Origin: Patescibacteria group bacterium | Lineage (GTDB): Bacteria > Patescibacteriota > Patescibacteriia > UBA9570 | Direction: 5' to 3' | Length of the DNA stretch: 60,383 bases | Assembly (NCBI GenBank): GCA_024277435.1 | Contig: JAJRVJ010000025.1 | Span: 1 to 60,383 of the forward strand | Shown here: positions 49,695-60,383 of the stretch, piece by piece | Layout of the letters: each line of letters starts with the position of its first letter | Numbering within the stretch: the first letter of the stretch is position 1 | Translations under genes and position numbers: made by a program | Notes under the pieces: generated by a model | Database searches by the model: none | Told to the model about the DNA's origin: nothing | The model's input: only the letters and a program-made list of their open reading frames with translations

Positions 49695-50572
49695 TATGGT
49701 AGTACTAATGTTACACGGCGCATACTCCAACATCCAACCGATATGCCTACAAACCAGGATGCGGGATGCACATAATTAGCTGAACACTTTACAGCAAGTG
49801 CAGTAGTGTTACCACCTACACCCATTGGGCCAATACCTAAATCATTTATACGTTTTAATGCACGCTTTTCTAGCGCAGCTAGCTTAGGTTCAGAATTTTT
49901 AGAAGTAATTTTTTGAATGTGTAATTCCTTGGCGCTCGCAGTAGCGTCAGCGATATTACTACTTACTGTTGCCGCAACAATATATGGCGGACAACCTCTA
50001 CCTTGTGCTTTAACAACTGCATCAACAATACATTGTTCAATGCCAGCCAAATCTCGTTCAGCACCAACTTCTAAATCTGGAAGTTTGTATACTTTCGAAA
50101 CATTTTCCGATCCACCACCTTTAAGCAATAATTCCACTCTGGTTTTTCCAGTAGTCTCTTCAAAATGAATGATCGGATGATTACCTACAGATTTTTCTTT
50201 TAATATATCTAATGCATTATCACGCAATGGCACCTCTTTAGTTGCTCGCTTTGTAGCTTGCTCGAGTAATTTCTTCAATTGAAGTTGTGAATAGTCTGCA
50301 GCATTATAGTGTACATACATAATAGGTACGCCTGTATCTTGGCAGAGTGGTTTTGTATTATCACATACTAATTCAATGTTCTCAAGCATCATCCTTAACA
50401 CACCTTTAGCACGAGTTGAAGTTTCTTTCTTCAGCCCAGTTTCTAACCCCTCCACAACATCGCGCGGTAATTCACTAATAGCTAAACGATACATTTCTAC
50501 AAATGCATCGAGTAACGTTTGATTGGTTGGTGTGCCTGATAGCGTAAGCACCGAACCACGCTTCTTTATCAT
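49694..50572 (-). CDS. Fe-S hydro-lyase alpha subunit (class I fumarate hydratase / tartrate dehydratase type)
   Basis: 292 aa: CQDTGVPIMYV..., KGGGSEN, GCPPYIV. Confidence 0.85.
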   Translation of the reverse strand: MIKKRGSVLTLSGTPTNQTLLDAFVEMYRLAISELPRDVVEGLETGLKKETSTRAKGVLRMMLENIELVCDNTKPLCQDTGVPIMYVHYNAADYSQLQLKKLLEQATKRATKEVPLRDNALDILKEKSVGNHPIIHFEETTGKTRVELLLKGGGSENVSKVYKLPDLEVGAERDLAGIEQCIVDAVVKAQGRGCPPYIVAATVSSNIADATASAKELHIQKITSKNSEPKLAALEKRALKRINDLGIGPMGVGGNTTALAVKCSANYVHPASWFVGISVGCWSMRRVTLVLP

Positions 50573-50575
50573 AAT

Positions 50576-55096
<4,521 letters not shown>

Positions 55097-55130
55097 GAAT
55101 CAAAATTCACTATTTCAAGTTAATTTAGAG

Positions 55131-55156
55131 ACAAATAAATCCCCGTTTCCGGGGAT
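55131..55156 (-). terminator. Intrinsic-terminator hairpin in the folD leader (attenuator candidate)
   Basis: On the minus strand: atccccg-gaaa-cggggat followed by ttatttg. It lies 35-60 nt upstream of the folD ATG. Confidence 0.5.
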
Positions 55157-55368
55157 GGGTATCCTCATCCAATATAGCAATATATATAGAGTGTGTAAAG
55201 CGTCTAATATTAGCTCCGATAACTTAATTATACACAGTTGATATATAGTCAAAAATCACGTTCAGAGTAAACTGATTACCTGATTAATCTATTTCACAAA
55301 ATCTCTAAGATATACCCTAAAAGGCTATAAACCAGAGCGTAAATACGTGAGATAATTAATCGGCACTT

Positions 55369-55761
55369 TTAGGTATAAGGTACATAAACGGGGTCTTTTT
55401 TAGATACCTGCGCCTCATCATCAACCCGATACTCGAAAGTTGGAAGAATTTTTGTATCACCATCACCATTTTCCACTTCAGCACCAAATTCTAAAAACAC
55501 TTTATCATCATTTACAGATTGCTCAAAATTAAATGCACCGGCCATACCGGTAGATGCATCGTATGGAGCAAAATCCACTAGTAGGTTTTTGAGAACTGGA
55601 TTTGGCGTTGTGGTGGAGCTATCTACACGATCACTCCAGGGACCACACGGGCCTTTTGTAGTACACGCGCGAATCTTAAAGCCGTAACTTCGCCCTGGTT
55701 TTAATTTAGTGATATACTTCTTTTTTGAATTTCTGCGAGTACGTTTAGTGTGTATACGCAC
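55369..55761 (-). CDS. Distal part of an FN3-domain secreted protein, frameshifted relative to 55772..55996
   Basis: Begins with the second half of an FN3 fold (YITKLKPGRSYGFKIRACTTKGPCGPWSD). The annotated start is GTG. Confidence 0.6.
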   Translation of the reverse strand: MRIHTKRTRRNSKKKYITKLKPGRSYGFKIRACTTKGPCGPWSDRVDSSTTTPNPVLKNLLVDFAPYDASTGMAGAFNFEQSVNDDKVFLEFGAEVENGDGDTKILPTFEYRVDDEAQVSKKDPVYVPYT

Positions 55762-55771
55762 AAATTTTCCA

Positions 55772-55996
55772 TTATTTTTTTCGAAATGTACGAATTTGAT
55801 AATAATTGACTATATAGTCGCTTATTGAAGCAATTCTGTTCCAACGCAACTGGATACGTTTGTGTTTTTCTTTAACAACATGAAAATTCTTAGGGGTTGG
55901 AATAGAGTAATCAACAGCCAGGGCTGGAACAACTCCAAAGAGGCTGCATACAAGAATTGTGCACGCACTGATGAGAAATAGTTTGCTGAAGCGCAT
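55772..55996 (-). CDS. Proximal part of an FN3-domain secreted protein: signal peptide plus the first half of FN3
   Basis: Signal peptide MRFSKLFLISACTILVCSLFGVVPALA, then PTPKNFHVVKEKHKRIQLRWNRI..DYIVNYYQIR. It stops right after an A7 tract. Confidence 0.6.
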   Translation of the reverse strand: MRFSKLFLISACTILVCSLFGVVPALAVDYSIPTPKNFHVVKEKHKRIQLRWNRIASISDYIVNYYQIRTFRKK

Positions 55997-56823
55997 TAGT
56001 TCTTAGATTTGGTCTTGAATTTCTTATACTTACTCCACTTTGTTACATCACCTGTTGGATACACAGCTTTCATTCGTACTTTATACTTCTTACCAGCTTC
56101 AAGATGCTTCTTGGTAAGTACTTTATTCACTTTACTAGATGAAATTTTCTTGAAACGCTTAATAAGCTTACCGTTGCGTTTTCGCAATTCAAGTTTTAAT
56201 TTCGTTGCGGAAGATATATATGCTGAATTCTCCCAATTTACAGTGGCTCTTCGCTTCTTGATCTTTTTTACTGTGGGTTTATCTAGGCGATTCCCATCAC
56301 CAAAGTCTGAGTTCTTAATGGTGATTTCATTTGACGTAATAAATGTGTTGTCATCATCAGGATTTACGAGTGAACCTGCTAATACATGATAAATTCCATA
56401 GCCACCGGGGGAGAGATTATTCTTAGCGTTGTTAATGGTAAATGTATATGTGCCTTCAGGAATATCTGCATCGACATAAAAATGAACATGGCGTTGTTCC
56501 AATGAATTTAGAGTTAGAAAGTCATCCAAACCATCAAAAAAACTCACACTTGCTTCATCACTATTATTAAAATCGATGTAGCTGGCAGATCCTCCATTGG
56601 CAGGTTTGGCTAATTCGTTCAAAAACGTTAAGTTGGGTTGCTCATACGCACCGCCATCAATTGTAAATGTAATTGTATAATCTGTTATATCTCCACTAGT
56701 GTATGATACAGCTTCAACTGATACGTCGGTTAATTCATCTGGTACATCAGCGGCTAGCGTTGCTCCCAATGGGAAAGCTAAGCTTAATAGTATTGTTAAG
56801 GTTAATTTTGCAGTAAAATTCAC
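55996..56823 (-). CDS. Secreted protein with a C-terminal FN3-like domain
   Basis: Signal peptide MNFTAKLTLTILLSLAFPLGATLA. The C-terminus reads PTVKKIKKRRATVNWEN...GKKYKVRMKAVYPTGDVTKWS. Its stop overlaps the next start as TAATG. Confidence 0.7.
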   Translation of the reverse strand: MNFTAKLTLTILLSLAFPLGATLAADVPDELTDVSVEAVSYTSGDITDYTITFTIDGGAYEQPNLTFLNELAKPANGGSASYIDFNNSDEASVSFFDGLDDFLTLNSLEQRHVHFYVDADIPEGTYTFTINNAKNNLSPGGYGIYHVLAGSLVNPDDDNTFITSNEITIKNSDFGDGNRLDKPTVKKIKKRRATVNWENSAYISSATKLKLELRKRNGKLIKRFKKISSSKVNKVLTKKHLEAGKKYKVRMKAVYPTGDVTKWSKYKKFKTKSKN

Positions 56824-56852
56824 AAATATCTCATATTAATTCTTGTGCATAC

Positions 56853-56881
56853 AACATAGCTGCCGAACTCATTATTGTCAA
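56853..56881 (-). promoter_or_regulatory. Sigma70-type promoter of the FN3 gene pair
   Basis: On the minus strand: TTGACA (56876-56881), a 17-nt spacer, then TATGTT (56853-56858). Confidence 0.55.
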
Positions 56882-57179
56882 GCGGTTATTGACGCAGAGC
56901 TCATTGCCGTTGGATATTCACAACCCGGTTTTGTCCACGACGAATCATCCTTTTTATGCGTTTTGATTTTCGCTCTGCAACGTAAATATACAATAGTATG
57001 TCTAATAAATTCCTTCCCCCGCAGCCCCTTCCTTTTTGTCCTTATTCGCGCCTTCCTATTCGGGAGAATTTTTCGAAAAAATTCGGCATAACATACATAA
57101 ACGTCGGCTTTTTTAAAGCCATTTTAAAGTATATCTTGTAATTGTTCTTTGGTTGGAGCAATAGTCTCAGAAATGGTAT

Positions 57180-58457
57180 TTATTGCTTAGGACTAGCTTC
57201 ACGTAATGCCATATCCATCCATAATATAGTTGATTGATGTACTGGCTTTGGGAAAGTGATACGAAGCGTATCTTGTTTTCCACCATGTGCAGATTCTACT
57301 TCTGTACCATCTTCAAGCGTTAGTGTATCGAGTACTAGTTCATACTCTTCACCCGGCATCATTACATGTACTGTCTCACCTTTGTAGATTTCATTTTTTA
57401 CAAGCACATCAGCCGTGTGCTCATCAATAATATTTGTAATAGTTCCAACAAATTTCTCCGTAGATTTTTCTGTACGTTTTTGTAAACTCTGTTTTGGAGA
57501 TCCAAAGAAGAAACCAGTATCAAAATCCCGAGAAGAACGTCGCAACAACTGTGCCTTTAATTCTGCTAGTCGATCTTTTTTATTTGAATCATCACTACCT
57601 ATTAAATCAATCGCCTCACGATAGGCTTTTACAATTTGTGCCGCATAAAATTCTCCGCGACCACGGCCTTCAATTTTGAATGAAACAATTCCTGCGTCAG
57701 CTAATTCATCAAGCCTATCTACTAGGCACATATCGTTAGCATTAAATATGTACGTGCCATTTTCATCCTCTTCTACAGTAATTATTTCATCCGGTCTCTG
57801 TGATTCTACAAATTGCATTTCTTTTGGCTTCACCTCTTTATAATGCCACCGGCAATTATTGGCGCACGATCCATGATTGGCTTTGTGTGAATCTGTCATA
57901 TAGGAAGATAACATACAGCGTCCAGAATATGCCATGCACTGAGCACCATGTACGAATGTTTCAATTTCAATATCTGGAAACTGATCATACATTTCACCAA
58001 TTTCTCGTAAATTTAATTCTCGTGCCAAAATCACTCGCTCGGCTCCTTGATCAGCCCAAAACTTCACGCCCAATGAATTAGTAATACTGGCCTGTGTAGA
58101 AATATGAATTGGTAGCGATGGCGCTACTTCTTTAATAAGTGAAAATACTCCGGCGTCGGAAACAATCAATGCATCCGGTTTAATTTCTTCAAGTTTTTTT
58201 AACGCTCTAGTAATTACCTTAATGTGATGATTGTGCGCGAACACATTTACTGTAACGTACACTTTCTTTCCACGCTCATGCGCATACTCCACCATTTCCT
58301 GAAGCTGTTCATAGGAAAAGTTCCCTTTATGTTGGCGTAAAGCAAATATATTCGTTCCACAAAAAATCGCATCAGCTCCGTAATCAATAGCAAGCTTACC
58401 CTTACGAAGGGTTCCGGCTGGTGCTAATAATTCTGGTTTATCGAGTGTATGAGCCAT
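57180..58457 (-). CDS. Peptidase U32 family protein
   Basis: MAHTLDKPELLAPAGTLRKGKLAIDYGADAIFCG... is a typical U32 N-terminus. The track ORF (to 58748) is extended artefactually into the G+C-rich island. Confidence 0.85.
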   Translation of the reverse strand: MAHTLDKPELLAPAGTLRKGKLAIDYGADAIFCGTNIFALRQHKGNFSYEQLQEMVEYAHERGKKVYVTVNVFAHNHHIKVITRALKKLEEIKPDALIVSDAGVFSLIKEVAPSLPIHISTQASITNSLGVKFWADQGAERVILARELNLREIGEMYDQFPDIEIETFVHGAQCMAYSGRCMLSSYMTDSHKANHGSCANNCRWHYKEVKPKEMQFVESQRPDEIITVEEDENGTYIFNANDMCLVDRLDELADAGIVSFKIEGRGRGEFYAAQIVKAYREAIDLIGSDDSNKKDRLAELKAQLLRRSSRDFDTGFFFGSPKQSLQKRTEKSTEKFVGTITNIIDEHTADVLVKNEIYKGETVHVMMPGEEYELVLDTLTLEDGTEVESAHGGKQDTLRITFPKPVHQSTILWMDMALREASPKQ

Positions 58458-58552
58458 AGGGTTGATAGAGTACATAAATATTGTTAAAGGCGCAAGACAA
58501 ATTATAGAAAGATCGAGCGGGACAGCACTCAATCCTCCATGATTGAAAATGA

Positions 58553-58592
58553 ACTTCATGCCTGTCCCGAACTCCGCGGAGTTACATGAAGT
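58553..58592 (-). terminator. Nested hairpin terminator after the island-3 ORF
   Basis: Outer stem acttcatg (58553-58560) pairs with catgaagt (58585-58592). The inner element is the perfect palindrome aactccgcggagtt (58570-58583). A T-rich tract follows on the minus strand. Confidence 0.5.
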
Positions 58593-58596
58593 ATGG

Positions 58597-59220
58597 CTAG
58601 CGGTACCAGCCGTTGGCGGTAAGGACAACCATGACCAGCATGGCGAAGACCTCAGCGTAGACGTCCACGGTCCGTTCCGTCCGTTCCTGCCATGCCTCCA
58701 ACGGCGGCAGGTGAATGAAGCCGGCCTTGCGCCGATCATTGATATCACGCCACGTCAGCAAGTGATAGTGCGCGGCATTGCAGAGGAAGCGACCGTCGTA
58801 GCCGTTGAGCGCCAGCCCCGGACTACCGCTGGGCAGCGCGGCCCGCTTGATAAGTGCACTGAGATCGCCCCAGCCAGCTTCCCAATGAAGGCCTGAGAGC
58901 AGAACCTCAGGGCCATTCGGAAGCATGTCCTGAGGAGGATCCTGCTTCTGCACGTCCTTGCCGCTAGCAAGACGGACGGCCATCTGTTCGATCGACATGA
59001 AGTGATCGAAGCCTTCGCCGAGGCCGATCACTCTGTCGTGGTTATTCAGCCAGCCCTCATCGAAGATCTCCTTGAGCGCAGCCCAGTTCGTGGGCACCTC
59101 AATGACGCTAGCAACATGACCAGAGTCCTTAATGTACTCACCAAGCTTGCGCGCGACAGAGATACTGCCATTCGTGCTTCGACCTCCGAATGGACCGAAG
59201 CAAAGGATTGCGATTTTCAA
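58597..59220 (-). CDS. Peptidase C15 (pyroglutamyl-peptidase I)-like protein encoded by G+C-rich island 3
   Basis: 207 aa: MKIAILCFGPFGG, VIGLGEGFDHFMSIEQMAV (Glu), DGRFLCNAAHY (Cys) and KAGFIHLPP (His). The start is TTG, preceded by AAGGAGGTGggat. The line 58801-58860 has 42/60 G+C by hand count. Confidence 0.7.
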   Translation of the reverse strand: MKIAILCFGPFGGRSTNGSISVARKLGEYIKDSGHVASVIEVPTNWAALKEIFDEGWLNNHDRVIGLGEGFDHFMSIEQMAVRLASGKDVQKQDPPQDMLPNGPEVLLSGLHWEAGWGDLSALIKRAALPSGSPGLALNGYDGRFLCNAAHYHLLTWRDINDRRKAGFIHLPPLEAWQERTERTVDVYAEVFAMLVMVVLTANGWYR

Positions 59221-59250
59221 ATCCCACCTCCTTGGGTTTGTGGGACCATT

Positions 59251-59279
59251 AGATTATGTGAAACATCATAATAAATCAA
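59251..59279 (-). promoter_or_regulatory. Sigma70-type promoter of the island-3 gene
   Basis: On the minus strand: TTGATT (59274-59279), a 17-nt spacer, then TAATCT (59251-59256). Confidence 0.45.
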
Positions 59280-59335
59280 GTCTAAACGCAATCTAGAATT
59301 GCTATATTAGGCCAATATTAGACACAAAAAAGGAC

Positions 59336-59590
59336 TTATCCACTAATAACTACTAACCCAATAATAACCCTAGGCGTAAACTGAGAGGCCATTTTTTATT
59401 ATAAAAAATGGCCCAATTATCCACTCTTACCCCATATTAATAAAAGTATAAAAGAGAGATAATTAAGTGTTCCTTTCGAGGGATAATAAAATAATTAATT
59501 ATGCACTAAATAGCTATGAACAAATAAACGGTTCAGGAGGACAATTACTGCACGCACATTTCGATTTAAAATATTTCTCACATATCCACT
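59336..59590 (+). promoter_or_regulatory. Cluster of DnaA-box-like 9-mers, with a fourth site at 60374-60382
   Basis: TTATCCACT at 59336-59344, TTATCCACT at 59417-59425, ATATCCACT at 59582-59590 and TAATCCACA at 60374-60382. All are on the plus strand. The consensus is TTATCCACA. Confidence 0.35.
59387..59413. repeat. Perfect 11-bp-arm hairpin/palindrome
   Basis: ggccatttttt-attat-aaaaaatggcc. Confidence 0.8.
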
Positions 59591-59747
59591 ACATATATCT
59601 TAGCAAGAATGCATATAGGTGAGATAATCAATTCGTACAGGACATTCTACATCTGATACTTCGAATTGATGAAGGCCTAATATATATTATTCAGCCTCTC
59701 TTGATTCCATTTGCCAGGTATACGAATATACTTCAAAGTTGTGACTA

Positions 59748-60258
59748 GGAATCGCTGAGGCCCCATATCACTATTCGGCTCATCACGATTCCTACTCAGA
59801 GCTAATAAGTAACAAGTTCAGTTTTCAGACTGAGCATTGGTGAAGACCCAACTCATCCTTTCGTCTCTCCCGATGCTCGCTCTGAGTGCTGAATGAATTA
59901 GCTGAGCGAGGTACACACTATATCCCTCCGACTCCTAATTCTCCACTCATAAGCTCTATTCCAATTTGGTTAGTAGGCTCACTGATAATAACGCTCGTCG
60001 TATTATCAGTAAGCCACTCCCAATTTCATTCACAGCTTCTGGTTTCTGATAGTTACAGACGTGCCCTCATTATAAATACGCACGATCTTGCTATCAGTAC
60101 TCAGCAGCGGTGCGTGTGGAACAGCCAGGCCATATATATACAACCTGCGCCTGTCCCACACACCCTCGCCGCTGATAGTTCTGAGTTGCGATATCCATGT
60201 CTATATGATTTGGGTCGCCGCTCAGAACTGTCAGCTGCGGCTGAGACCGTTTCATTTT
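59748..60258. other. Non-coding block dense in helices (candidate structured RNA or DNA structural element)
   Basis: Hand-paired stems are 59748-54/59786-92 (7 bp), 59876-82/59904-10 (7 bp), 59981-90/60001-10 (10 bp) and 60046-52/60091-97 (7 bp). A composite hairpin spans 60099-60186 (6+6+6+5 bp). An alternative 9-bp stem pairs 60177-85 with 60221-29, and a 5-bp stem spans 60231-44, followed by tttcatttt. Confidence 0.3.
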
Positions 60259-60383
60259 GGGCGCGTAAAAAGTCGTTTTCTCTGCTATGATTAGCTTCAA
60301 ATACATTGTTTAACCTGTTAAGAAGCTAATTATGATAAAAAAAACGAAACAATCCTTATTGTCCAAAGTGCGCTAATCCACAA

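Noticed and set aside
49695-49733. The 13-codon N-terminal extension of the fumarase beta ORF, overlapping the alpha subunit by 40 nt
   Set aside because: The ATG at 49692-49694 gives the standard TAATG stop/start coupling with the alpha subunit and a normal beta-subunit N-terminus (MATIHITTP).
55097-55210. Assigning the folD leader to a known riboswitch class (ZTP/pfl, purine, THF or PRPP/ykkC)
   Set aside because: I could not find the conserved cores of these classes as I remember them. I report only the generic terminator/anti-terminator architecture.
58458-58748. N-terminal 97-aa extension of the U32 peptidase ORF (MISMIGARPASFTCRRWRHGRNG...)
   Set aside because: The extension reads into the G+C-rich island, where stops are scarce, and overlaps the 3' end of the island-3 gene. 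The conserved U32 N-terminus starts at MAHTLDKPELLAPAG (ATG 58455-58457).
59886-60306. ORFs 59886..60290(+), 60088..60294(+) and 60094..60306(-) as protein genes
   Set aside because: They overlap one another in three frames and have no RBS or start context. Their sequences are low-complexity and coincide with dense base-pairing. I treat the region as non-coding.

Overview
This is a low-G+C bacterial chromosome segment. Hand-counted 60-nt lines give about 25-40% G+C. Its style fits a small-genome, possibly CPR/Patescibacteria-like organism: housekeeping genes have no Shine-Dalgarno (SD) motif, and there are many lineage-specific proteins with basic, Lys-rich or Pro-rich tails. That taxonomic guess is inference only.

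The recognisable genes, left to right, are:
- the N-terminus of a large beta-helix surface protein, RNase J, a family-5 solute-binding protein, SecG, a Ser/Thr kinase and PcrA/UvrD;
- divergent uvrC and uvrA, an ECF-sigma fusion protein, an initiator-like tRNA-Met, a lipid kinase and an O-antigen-ligase-like protein;
- CIRCE-controlled groES-groEL, recA, a RodZ-like protein, ftsK, pyrD and guaA;
- a roughly 20 kb minus-strand purine supercluster: folD, purA, purL, class-I fumarase alpha/beta, malic enzyme, purM, purQ-purS-purS, purC, purE, purB, purF, purD, purN, purH;
- two FN3 secreted proteins and a U32 peptidase.

The most unusual signals are:
1. Three dispersed G+C-rich (about 55-70%) single-gene cassettes at about 10.9-11.7 kb, 42.5-43.2 kb and 58.5-59.3 kb. 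All are on the minus strand, and each has its own candidate promoter. Two have strong GGAGG-type ribosome-binding sites that the surrounding genes lack. One encodes a peptidase-C15-like protein with an intact Glu-Cys-His triad.
2. Single in-frame TAA codons interrupt uvrA, ftsK and guaA, although TAA is a normal terminator elsewhere in the window.
3. The last 1.1 kb is non-coding. It carries same-orientation DnaA-box-like 9-mers, a perfect 11-bp hairpin and a block dense with nested or alternative helices.
4. An A7 tract splits an FN3 secreted protein.
5. A fumarate-disposal pair (fumarase plus malic enzyme) lies inside the purine operon.

I recognised no CRISPR array, transposase, integrase or rRNA.
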